DNA of 64,000 bases from an uncultured Acidimicrobiaceae bacterium (lineage in GTDB: Bacteria; Actinomycetota; Acidimicrobiia; Acidimicrobiales; RAAP-2), in contig CAIQOJ010000139.1 in NCBI GenBank assembly GCA_903873395.1, forward strand, positions 5,911 through 69,910, in the 5' to 3' direction. Position 1 is the first letter of the stretch, and the number at the start of each line of letters is the position of its first letter. The notes beneath the pieces are model-generated. The model was not told the DNA's origin. It saw only the letters and a list, made by a program, of their open reading frames with translations, and searched no databases. The position numbers and the translations under genes were made by a program. Positions 9,676 to 17,799 of this stretch are shown one piece after another.

Positions 9676-10365
9676 TCACGATGGGTAGGTCGGTGGCTCC
9701 ACGTCTACGTCGGGCTCCCACAGGCGCAGATCCACCAGGATCGGCGCAGGGACCGGCTGGCGCATGGCCAGCGTGAGGGCGTCGCTCGGCCGGCACGAGT
9801 GCACGGTGTGGCGGTCACGTCCCCGGAGGTCAAGTTCAGCAAAGTAGATGCTGCCGGAGCGCCCGACCAGACGGACGGCCACGATGTCGATGTCGAAGCG
9901 CTGCAGAATGTCACCCGTCAGCTCATGGGTACCGGGACGAGGTGTGGGAATACGGCGCAGGCTGTGGGCCAGGGCCACAGCGTCAGCCATGCTGACAGCG
10001 AAGGAGATGTGGCGACCGGGAGGTTCACTCTCCCGGAGAAGAATCACCGGGTGTTGGTTGGGCAGGTCCAAGGTGACCGAGGTCACTAGGGCCGTCGAGA
10101 ACGCCGGGCTCCCATCGTTCGTCGGCTGGAAGTTCCATCCGCCCTCAGGCTGTGCATGATCCACATCTGGCGACGCCACATGCTCTTCATCGGAAGTGCC
10201 ACTAGAACCGCCATATTCGCCGGCCCCTGAAGCCGACGCATCTGATTCTGAACTGGTGGCCCCAGTACCTGCCGGCACGGGTTCCCCTGACTCAGTGACT
10301 CCTGACTCAGTGACTCCAGGCTCAAATCCTGACGGCCCGATTGCCGAAGGATCGGTGGCCGTCAC
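9676..10365 (-). CDS. Bifunctional nuclease (BFN/DUF151) domain protein with an acidic Ser/Gly/Glu-rich N-terminal extension
   Basis: HPVILLRE..ISFAVSMADAVALAHSL..PRPGTHELTGDIL..YFAELDL..CRPSDALTLAM matches the BFN domain pattern (RPxTHDL, RPSDA). The ORF opens at 10596 inside rodA. I place the start at GTG 10365..10363, overlapping the rodA TGA (GTGA). Confidence 0.7.
   Translation of the reverse strand: MTATDPSAIGPSGFEPGVTESGVTESGEPVPAGTGATSSESDASASGAGEYGGSSGTSDEEHVASPDVDHAQPEGGWNFQPTNDGSPAFSTALVTSVTLDLPNQHPVILLRESEPPGRHISFAVSMADAVALAHSLRRIPTPRPGTHELTGDILQRFDIDIVAVRLVGRSGSIYFAELDLRGRDRHTVHSCRPSDALTLAMRQPVPAPILVDLRLWEPDVDVEPPTYPS
10286..10315. repeat. 15-bp perfect tandem duplication inside the BFN N-terminal extension
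   Basis: cctgactcagtgact occurs twice in tandem and encodes GVTESGVTESG on the minus strand. Confidence 0.9.
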
Positions 10366-11501
10366 CGAGTGCTCCGCAGTTGCACACTGGCCACGATGCC
10401 GATCGCCGCGAGGAACCCCAGGATGGCCGATCCGCCATACGACAGGAACGGAAGTGGGATTCCAGCTACCGGCATGATCCCCATGTTCATTCCGATGTTC
10501 TCGAAGACCGAGAACATGAAGAGCGTGAAGATGCCCGAGCAGATCAGACGACCCAAGGTGTCGCGAGCCATCTGCGCCACCCGCAGGATGCGCCAAGCCA
10601 AAAGTCCATAGAGCGCCAGAATGATGCCTGCTCCGACGAAGCCGACCTGCTCCCCCACTGCCGAGAAGATGAAGTCGGTCTGCTGCTCGGGTACGTAGGC
10701 GAGGTTCGTGGCATCGCCTTTGAACAGCCCCCGGCCGAACATCCCGCCATGGGCGATGGCCGTCTTGGCCTGTTCGACGTTGTACACAACGTCAGCACTC
10801 GCCTTGTTCGGCGAGATAAAGCTGGTGAGCCGCTGCACCTGATACTGCTTCACCAGCCCGAGATTCAGGGCGATCACGAAGAGCGAGATAGCCCCGATCA
10901 CCAAAAGAGCCAGGTAGCGACCCGGCATGCCCGCCACCACGAGCATCACCATCATGATCGAGGCAAGCACGATACCGGTGCCGAGGTCAGGTTGCTTGAT
11001 AATCAGGAGCAGGGGCACCGACGTCATCAACACGATTCGAATCAGGTCACGCCCGACCAGGCCATCCGGTCGTCGCCCGCAGTAGGTGGCGATGGCGATG
11101 ATCATCACCAGAGTGGCGAACTGCGAGGGCTGCACCTGGAGAGGGCCTGCGGAGAACCAACGCTGGGCACCAAGGGCGTGGGAACCCAACGGGGACAAGA
11201 CGGCAAGCAACATCAAGACGATGGCGATGTAGAGCGGCGTGGCCACGTGCTCCCAGCGCCGGTAATCGAACAAGGTGGTGAACGTCATGACACAAAGCCC
11301 AAGGACCAAGAAAATAAGTTGGCGTTTGAGGTAGTAGTGGGGATCTGATCCCGCCAAGGTCAACTTGTCCCTCGTAGCCGAGAAGATCATGATCACGCCG
11401 ACCAGGGACAAAAGGACGGCGGTCCCGATGAGCAGCGGGTCGACCCGCGCAGACACACGCCGCGTGCGGGTTGCCAGGGAGTCGGTCATCGGGAAAGTCA
11501 C
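10362..11501 (-). CDS. rodA: Rod shape-determining protein RodA (MrdB-type SEDS glycosyltransferase)
   Basis: 379 aa. IIKQPDLGTGIVL, EQQTDFIFSAVGEQVGFVG and FSVFENIGMNMGIMPVAGIPLPFLSYGGSA align closely with E. coli RodA blocks. Confidence 0.85.
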   Translation of the reverse strand: MTFPMTDSLATRTRRVSARVDPLLIGTAVLLSLVGVIMIFSATRDKLTLAGSDPHYYLKRQLIFLVLGLCVMTFTTLFDYRRWEHVATPLYIAIVLMLLAVLSPLGSHALGAQRWFSAGPLQVQPSQFATLVMIIAIATYCGRRPDGLVGRDLIRIVLMTSVPLLLIIKQPDLGTGIVLASIMMVMLVVAGMPGRYLALLVIGAISLFVIALNLGLVKQYQVQRLTSFISPNKASADVVYNVEQAKTAIAHGGMFGRGLFKGDATNLAYVPEQQTDFIFSAVGEQVGFVGAGIILALYGLLAWRILRVAQMARDTLGRLICSGIFTLFMFSVFENIGMNMGIMPVAGIPLPFLSYGGSAILGFLAAIGIVASVQLRSTR

Positions 11502-11598
11502 CAGGTTGCCTCGGCGCTCAGGCTACCCCCACTGCCCTCGGGAGAACACCGAGCACCTCCCCTACCCACGAACACGGGCGTGTGCCTTCGGTAGGTAA

Positions 11599-12510
11599 TC
11601 ACAAGGGCCGGTCGGCCACGGCAGCCCACATGTCCTCCACGGGGGCCGCCATGCCCGTCCACCGTTCGATCTGCAAGGCGGCCTGGTGGACCAGCATGCC
11701 GAGACCGTTGACCGTCGTTGCCCCCTGATCCGCCGCTGCGGCCAACCACGGTGTCGTGGCCGGGTGGTAGACGAGATCCACGGCCACCTGGTCAGGACCG
11801 AGCAGACTCGGATCGACGGGCCAACCCTCCGGGTGACCCTCGACGTCCGCCATGCCCATCGGCGTGGCATTGACGACCAGGTCGCACTCTCGGGCATCCT
11901 CACCGGTGCCGACCCGCCCGATCGGTCCCGCCAGGCTGGCCGCCACGTCAGCGCGACGCTGTGTCCGATTGACCACCACGACCTCGGCCGCACCTGCATC
12001 CGCTAGTGCGGCCACCACAGCACGTGCTGCCCCGCCCGCTCCCACGACCAAGCACCGCAGGCCCACAGGATCAACGCCCGGTGCATGCGCCAGCGCCGCC
12101 ACCAACCCGGCCCCGTCCGTACTGTCGCCGATCCACCGGCCATCGACACTGTCCAGGCAGTTCACCGCCCCGAGCCGTGCAGCTATCGCGGTGGTCTCCT
12201 CGGCGATGGCCGCCGCCGCTTCCTTGTGGGGCATGGTGACCGACAAACCACGAACACCCAGGGCGCGAGCCCCCGCCAGGGCCACCTCGGCCTGTCCTTC
12301 GGCCACCGGAAAGCCCACCGAGACCCAATCGATCCCGAGCGCGCCGAACGCCGTGTTGTGAAGCAATGGCGACAACGAATGCGCTATCGGATGGCCGATC
12401 ACTCCCACCACCGTGGTCGACGCCGACGGCTGAACAGACCTGAGGTCGTGTCGGTCTGATTTCATGCGTCCCGCAGTCCCAGGCATCCAAGCAGTCTCCC
12501 CCATCACCAC
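11599..12510 (-). CDS. aroE: Shikimate dehydrogenase
   Basis: VGVIGHPIAHSLSPLLHNTAF near the N-terminus, LVVGAGGAARAV NADP-binding loop, and position next to mltG/ruvX/alaS as in mycobacteria. The true start may be the internal ATG at 12465. Confidence 0.9.
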   Translation of the reverse strand: MVMGETAWMPGTAGRMKSDRHDLRSVQPSASTTVVGVIGHPIAHSLSPLLHNTAFGALGIDWVSVGFPVAEGQAEVALAGARALGVRGLSVTMPHKEAAAAIAEETTAIAARLGAVNCLDSVDGRWIGDSTDGAGLVAALAHAPGVDPVGLRCLVVGAGGAARAVVAALADAGAAEVVVVNRTQRRADVAASLAGPIGRVGTGEDARECDLVVNATPMGMADVEGHPEGWPVDPSLLGPDQVAVDLVYHPATTPWLAAAADQGATTVNGLGMLVHQAALQIERWTGMAAPVEDMWAAVADRPL

Positions 12511-12568
12511 CGACCCATGCCTGTCATGGCATCGGTCCTAGGTGGTCGCCTGAACACCATCCGCACAT

Positions 12569-13741
12569 TCACCCCAGGCCCCTGCGGGCGGCCAGCTTCT
12601 CATTGGCCAACTGGTCAGCGAACGTGGTGGAGAACGCCTCGGTGCCGTCGGGTTCGACGACCACGAAGAAGAGCCAAGGCCCCGGAGCGGGATGCAGTGC
12701 AGCAGCGAGGGCAGCCGGCGAGGGCAGACAGGTCGGAGTCGGAGGTAGGCCCTTGCGGAGGTAGGTGTTGTAGGGGGAACGGATCTTGAGGTCACTGGGC
12801 GTCACGGGACCACCGTCTCGGCCCAAGGCATAGAGGATCGTGGAGTCCATCTGCAGCGGCATCCCCTTGGCCAGCCGGTTGGAGATAACTCTCGACACCG
12901 GACCGAGATTCTTGGCGATCACCCCTTCCTTCTGCACAATCGAGGCGATAGTCACCACCTCATAGGGCGTCCGGCCCAGTCGGGCGGCTCCGGCGTCGAG
13001 GCGCAGCGCACGTGCGGTGGCGTTGAAACGGTCCACCATGTGGCTCAGAAGTTCGCGATCGGACTCCCCGGGAAGCACCGCGTAGGCGCCCGTACCCAAG
13101 AGGCCCTCGAGATCCGTCGAGCCGGCCGGGGCGAACGGCGAGCGCACCACGCCTGATCGAACCACGGATCGGAAGGCGGGCGTCGAATGCCCCGACAACT
13201 GCCCGACCCTGGCCGCTACCTCACTGACCGTGAATCCTGGAGGTATGTCGAGTTCCTGCACATTCGGTCCACCGGCAAGAACGTCGCGCACATTGGCGAA
13301 GCCCACTCCTTGTCGGATGGCATACGCACCAGGCTGGACGCCGGGCAAACTGTGGAATTGAGACCAGACTCGGTAGGCCAGCGAGCTTCCGATCACGTCT
13401 TTTTGGGCCAACGTGGTGGTTACCTGGTTCCACCCCGAACCGGCGGCCACGGTGAAGACGACCTGAGGGCCAGGAGTGGCGGCGGGAGCGGCTTCGGACG
13501 ACACCCAGAGCCACCCTCCCAGAAGGAGTGCCCCACCGAGCACGACGAGAGCCAGGGCGGCTGCGCGCCACCGACGTCGACCAGGACGGCGTCGTCTGTG
13601 TCCAGGCGCAACGTCGCTGTGGTCCGGCCCAGACTGGTCGAACCCGACGTCATCTCTCACCGATCCATCCGGATCGTCGTCCCATCCCTCGGGACGGGGC
13701 GAACCGTCAGGCCCGGTCATTGCGTCCTCGGCGGGCATCAA
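12569..13741 (-). CDS. mltG: Endolytic murein transglycosylase MltG (YceG-like)
   Basis: N-terminal disordered region plus a TM helix, then ASIVQKEG and SPYNTYLRKGLPPTPTCLPSPAALAAALHP, typical of YceG/MltG. Start uncertain; it overlaps the ruvX stop. Confidence 0.88.
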   Translation of the reverse strand: MMPAEDAMTGPDGSPRPEGWDDDPDGSVRDDVGFDQSGPDHSDVAPGHRRRRPGRRRWRAAALALVVLGGALLLGGWLWVSSEAAPAATPGPQVVFTVAAGSGWNQVTTTLAQKDVIGSSLAYRVWSQFHSLPGVQPGAYAIRQGVGFANVRDVLAGGPNVQELDIPPGFTVSEVAARVGQLSGHSTPAFRSVVRSGVVRSPFAPAGSTDLEGLLGTGAYAVLPGESDRELLSHMVDRFNATARALRLDAGAARLGRTPYEVVTIASIVQKEGVIAKNLGPVSRVISNRLAKGMPLQMDSTILYALGRDGGPVTPSDLKIRSPYNTYLRKGLPPTPTCLPSPAALAAALHPAPGPWLFFVVVEPDGTEAFSTTFADQLANEKLAARRGLG

Positions 13742-14138
13742 GCCACGCGTCCAAGAGCACGGCAGCAGCAGCGCGATCGACTACGGCCCGCTGCTTGTGT
13801 GCCCTCGTCCCTCCCTCGGAGAGGGCACGCTGCGCAGAGACCGTCGTGAGTCTTTCGTCGAAAAGCACTGCATCGATTCCCACTGCATCGAGCATCGGTG
13901 CCAGCAGTTCCAATTCGGCTTCGGCAGCACGAGCAGCAGCAGTGCGGCTTCCATCGAGGGCCAGCGGATGGCCAACGACAACGATGACCGCCTCTTCCTC
14001 TACCGCCAGTGCCACCAGGGCACGTCGGTCACGCTCGGCATCGCCCGAGCGGACCACAGTGGTTCTCGGCGAGGCCATGGTGCCTGACGAATCACTGACG
14101 GCGATACCTATGCGCCGTGCCCCGAGATCGACGCCCAT
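13707..14138 (-). CDS. ruvX: Holliday-junction resolvase-like nuclease RuvX (YqgF)
   Basis: MGVDLGARRIGIAVSD N-terminus and DERLTTVSA..AAAVLLDAWL C-terminus. The ORF track extends it to 14750 into alaS, which I reject. An alternative GTG start lies at 14180. Confidence 0.85.
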   Translation of the reverse strand: MGVDLGARRIGIAVSDSSGTMASPRTTVVRSGDAERDRRALVALAVEEEAVIVVVGHPLALDGSRTAAARAAEAELELLAPMLDAVGIDAVLFDERLTTVSAQRALSEGGTRAHKQRAVVDRAAAAVLLDAWLDARRGRNDRA

Positions 14139-14238
14139 GGCCCGTCCGGGACGCTCAGTAGTCGGTTGCGACGCACCCACCTCGAACGAGTCCGCCTCGG
14201 TCACCGAGTGCGCGCAGGTCCAAGGTGGCCAACGATCA

Positions 14239-16833
14239 TCAGGCAGCGCCGACGATGCGACGGGCTTCTTCCAGTGCCTGATCGATGCCGGCAGGGTCCT
14301 TGCCGCCAGCCACAGCCGCCTCAGGAGAACCACCGCCGCCGCCGCCGAGGAGCGGAGCGACCTGCTTGACAATCTCCCCGGCATGCAGACCAGTCGATGG
14401 ATCGGCCGCCACGGCAACGCATGCCTTGGCCCCATCCGGACTTCCGCCGAGAACCACGGCTCGTAACTCCCCGGTCGACCGAACCTGTTGCGCCAGATCT
14501 CGCAACAGGTCCGCGGCCAACCCGTCGCGCCGGAGCACGACCGCACCCCCGACTGCTTCACCCACCAGGCTTGTCGCCTGGGACAGCAGCTCACGCCGCT
14601 GGATCTGCTCGAGGGCCTTGTCCGTCGAGCGCTGCCGCTCGAGGAGCCGCTCGATCGCTTCGCCGACATGTTCGGGATCAGTCCGCAGCAAACCGGCAGC
14701 CTCGGAAAGCAGGGCCTCCCGCGATGCCATCCGCTCGAGAGCACCGACACCCGTCACCGCCTCGACCCGGCGGGTGTTCGAGCCGATCGAGGCCTCCGAC
14801 ACGATGGTGATGGGGCCGATCATGCCCAACGCGTCGACATGCGTGCCGCCGCAGAGTTCGGTAGAGACAGAACCCGCCTGCACCACCCGCACCGTCTCGC
14901 CATATTTGTCGCCGAAGAACGCCAGTGCGCCACGAGCCTCCGCTTCAGCCTTGGACGTCTCTTCGACCACCACGGCCGCATCGGTCAAGACCGCGGCATT
15001 GGCCATGGCTTGAATGGTGGCCAACTCGTCTGGACTCACTGCGGCATGGTGACTGAAGTCGAAGCGCAGCCGATCCGGGGCCACGAGCGATCCTTGCTGG
15101 CGGACCTGGTCCCCTAGGACCTGGCGCAATGCCGCGTGCAAAAGATGTGTTCCGGTGTGATTGCGTCGAAGTGCCTCACGCCGGAGTTCGTCGATGGTGG
15201 CCAAGGCGTCTTGGCCGGCGAAGACCTCACCGGTGACTGTGGCTCGGTGCGACGTCAGGCCAGGGAGGGCGGCCACGGTGTCATAGACCAGAGCCGTGCC
15301 GGTCTCGGTGACGATGGTGCCCACGTCGCCCATTTGACCGCCACCTTCGGCGTAGAACGGCGTCCGGTCCAAGAAAATCTCGACCTGCCCTGCCCGGTCG
15401 GGATCCTGGTCGGCCAAAACGGCCACGATCCGAGCTGGGGCGGAGTAATCGTCGGGGTGCTGGCCCACGAAGATGGTCCGTCCCTCGACGTCCAGCACTG
15501 ATCGATAGGCCTCGTCACCTGCAGGCGCCCGTCCGGCACGGGCAGCAGCCCGGGCTTGGGTGCGCTGGTGATCCATGGCTTCTTCGAACCCAGCAAGATC
15601 GACCACCGCTCCCGCTTCTTCGGCGATCTCCACGGTGAGTTCGACAGGGAACCCGTAGGTGTCATGCAGGCGAAAAGCGACGGCGCCGGGGACAGCACCA
15701 CTGCCGTCAGCCAACTGCTCATCGAGGATGGCCGAGCCTGTCGCTAGGGTCCGAAGGAATCCTTCCTCCTCACGACCGACGACATCGACGACGAGGCGGT
15801 GCTGCTCGGCTAGGGATGGGTGAGCGGCACCCAGAACTCCGACGACCGTGTCGACCATGCGCTCAGTGCAGGGGCCGTTCACGCCGAGTTGGCGAGCACG
15901 GCGCACGGCCCGACGGATGATCCGACGCAGGACGTAGCCCCGGCCCTCATTGGCGGGAAGGACTCCATCGGCCACCAACATGGCCATCGCTCGGCTGTGG
16001 TCCGCCATGATCCGCAGCCCAACATCGGTCGCCTCGTCAGATCCATAGGTCCGGCCCGTGATCGACTGAGCGGTAGCAAGGAGCGGGACGAACAGGTCCG
16101 TGTCGTAGAGCGAATCGACGCCCTGGATGACGGGCAGGATCCGCTCAAGGCCAGCACCGGTGTCGATGCTGGGCTTGGGGAGCGGCTCGGTCGACCCGTC
16201 GGACGACCTGTTGTACTGCATAAAGACCAGGTTCCAGATCTCGACGAACCGCTCGGACCCGCCGAATGCTGGCCCTCCGTCCTCGCCATAGGCGGCACCC
16301 TTGTCGATGAAGAGCTCCGAACTCGGACCGCACGGGCCGGTGTCGCCCATCTTCCAGAAGTTGTCCTCACCTAGGCGCTGAATGCGCTCGGAGGGCACGC
16401 CAATCTGGTCTCTCCAGATCTCTTCTGCTTCGTCGTCGCTGTCGTGCACGGTGACCCACAGACGATCACCGTCGATGCCCAGCACCTCGGTGACCAGTTC
16501 CCAGGCGAACGGGATGGCCCCAGACTTGAAGTAGTCGCCGAAACTGAAGTTCCCGAGCATCTCGAAGAACGTGCAGTGACGCAGGGTGGTGCCGATGATG
16601 TCGATATCGACGGTGCGGAAGCACTTCTGCACCGATGTGGCCCGCGGCCACGGCGGTTGCTCGTCGCCCAGGAAGAACGGCTTGAACGGCACCATGCCGG
16701 CGATGGTGAAGAGGACAGACGGATCATGAGGGATCAGGCTGGCCGAAGGGACCGAGGCGTGCCCCCGCTCCACGAAGAAGCGGGTGAAGGCCTCGCGCAG
16801 GTGGTCGGCATCAGGTGCCGTGGCGGCGCTCAC
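14239..16833 (-). CDS. alaS: Alanine--tRNA ligase
   Basis: 864 aa. FFVERGH..PSASLIP, FTIAGMVPFKP, SFFEMLGNFSFGDYFK and the editing-domain HTGTHLLHAAL motif are present. Confidence 0.97.
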   Translation of the reverse strand: MSAATAPDADHLREAFTRFFVERGHASVPSASLIPHDPSVLFTIAGMVPFKPFFLGDEQPPWPRATSVQKCFRTVDIDIIGTTLRHCTFFEMLGNFSFGDYFKSGAIPFAWELVTEVLGIDGDRLWVTVHDSDDEAEEIWRDQIGVPSERIQRLGEDNFWKMGDTGPCGPSSELFIDKGAAYGEDGGPAFGGSERFVEIWNLVFMQYNRSSDGSTEPLPKPSIDTGAGLERILPVIQGVDSLYDTDLFVPLLATAQSITGRTYGSDEATDVGLRIMADHSRAMAMLVADGVLPANEGRGYVLRRIIRRAVRRARQLGVNGPCTERMVDTVVGVLGAAHPSLAEQHRLVVDVVGREEEGFLRTLATGSAILDEQLADGSGAVPGAVAFRLHDTYGFPVELTVEIAEEAGAVVDLAGFEEAMDHQRTQARAAARAGRAPAGDEAYRSVLDVEGRTIFVGQHPDDYSAPARIVAVLADQDPDRAGQVEIFLDRTPFYAEGGGQMGDVGTIVTETGTALVYDTVAALPGLTSHRATVTGEVFAGQDALATIDELRREALRRNHTGTHLLHAALRQVLGDQVRQQGSLVAPDRLRFDFSHHAAVSPDELATIQAMANAAVLTDAAVVVEETSKAEAEARGALAFFGDKYGETVRVVQAGSVSTELCGGTHVDALGMIGPITIVSEASIGSNTRRVEAVTGVGALERMASREALLSEAAGLLRTDPEHVGEAIERLLERQRSTDKALEQIQRRELLSQATSLVGEAVGGAVVLRRDGLAADLLRDLAQQVRSTGELRAVVLGGSPDGAKACVAVAADPSTGLHAGEIVKQVAPLLGGGGGGSPEAAVAGGKDPAGIDQALEEARRIVGAA

Positions 16834-16844
16834 GTCGGAGAACC

Positions 16845-17300
16845 CTATCGGGCGACGCGGCTAGGACGGATACGGCGAATCCGTCGTGCGCCAAGCCCCG
16901 AGCGGACGGGGCGCCCCGCGCCAGCATCCCCAGCAGTGGCATCGGTCGGGCCTACGTCGAACACGTGGCCTCCGACCGTGTCCCGAGGACCCGCCATGCC
17001 CGACGGAACGTCATTGGCGCCACGAGCATCAGAGACGTCGGATCCACCAGCCAACGTCGTCCACAACTCTTCTTCTCGCCGGGCCATCTCCGTGCGCCCT
17101 GAGTCCAGGGCTGCTCGGAATCGACCGCCGGTGGCCGTTGCTGCTTGACGAGCAGACTGTCCGGCCTGGACGACCAACGCCTCGGGCCGCAGACGGTCGG
17201 CCGCCTGTTCGAGCGTGCGGCGGACCTTACGCTCGGCATAGAGCGACGACCCAGCGCCCACCACGGCGCCAGCAGCCAGCCAGAATGTGCGCCGGGCCAT
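16845..17300 (-). CDS. Hypothetical small membrane-anchored protein
   Basis: 151-aa ORF with an N-terminal hydrophobic helix (FWLAAGAVVGAGSSLY) and a charged helical region. Packed tightly between the DUF948-like gene and alaS. I recognise no motif. Confidence 0.45.
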   Translation of the reverse strand: MARRTFWLAAGAVVGAGSSLYAERKVRRTLEQAADRLRPEALVVQAGQSARQAATATGGRFRAALDSGRTEMARREEELWTTLAGGSDVSDARGANDVPSGMAGPRDTVGGHVFDVGPTDATAGDAGAGRPVRSGLGARRIRRIRPSRVAR

Positions 17301-17711
17301 CTACCGACTCCGATCTCTCGGGACGACCGTGGTGACCGGCGACGATGCCGCCGCGTCACGGGCTGCGAGGCGCCGGAGTCCCGATGCCGCACCGGCCCGC
17401 ACGGCCAGCACCTTGACCACGGGGTTGGCAAACGCCCGGTAGGCCAAGCGCGAGGCGGAGTCCACGGTGGCATGCACGGACTCCGTCGAGTCGAGGACCG
17501 CGCCCACTCGCTCCATTTCGGCTGCGGCCTGGTCTACGACGCGATGGGCGTCAGCAACCAGAGGCACCGTTTGGCGGCGGAGTTCATCGGCGATCCCTCG
17601 CATGCGGGTCACTTCCTTACGCAGTGAGGTGATCCCGACCACAAGGACGATGGCGGCCAGAACGCAGACCCCAGCAGCCACAAGCACGGCGATCTCCCCT
17701 GCAGTCATCAC
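17301..17711 (-). CDS. DUF948-like membrane-anchored coiled-coil protein
   Basis: N-terminal TM helix (IAVLVAAGVCVLAAIVLVVGI) followed by a helical segment. The size and the position upstream of alaS resemble actinobacterial DUF948 proteins. Confidence 0.55.
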   Translation of the reverse strand: MMTAGEIAVLVAAGVCVLAAIVLVVGITSLRKEVTRMRGIADELRRQTVPLVADAHRVVDQAAAEMERVGAVLDSTESVHATVDSASRLAYRAFANPVVKVLAVRAGAASGLRRLAARDAAASSPVTTVVPRDRSR

Positions 17712-17799
17712 CGGTGGAGTCTAGATGCCCACGCAGGAAGGGATCGGCGAGGAGGTAGAGGGAGGCGGGAACCCAGGACTCCGCTCACCAGTTACCTAG

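Noticed and set aside
10341-11348. 335-aa plus-strand ORF
   Set aside because: Antisense to rodA. His/Arg/Asp/Glu-rich nonsense-like sequence. Shadow ORF.
13528-14466. 312-aa plus-strand ORF, with similar antisense ORFs at 17827-18828, 19360-20232, 2975-3823 and 57647-58471
   Set aside because: All are antisense to confidently identified genes (mltG/ruvX/alaS, the S53 gene, ppk and the flippase-like gene, dppC). They show Arg/Pro/Ser/Ala-rich low-information translations.
14139-14750. N-terminal 204 codons of the 347-aa ORF that contains ruvX
   Set aside because: This part overlaps the 3' end of alaS in another frame and has no homology-like features. The RuvX domain begins at MGVDLGARRIG (ATG 14138). 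The same reasoning trimmed these ORF-track starts: rel (27942 to 27765), ruvB (34985 to 34730), secD (30840 to 30705), queA, ruvC, the SBP gene, dppC, pgsA and the aldehyde dehydrogenase gene.
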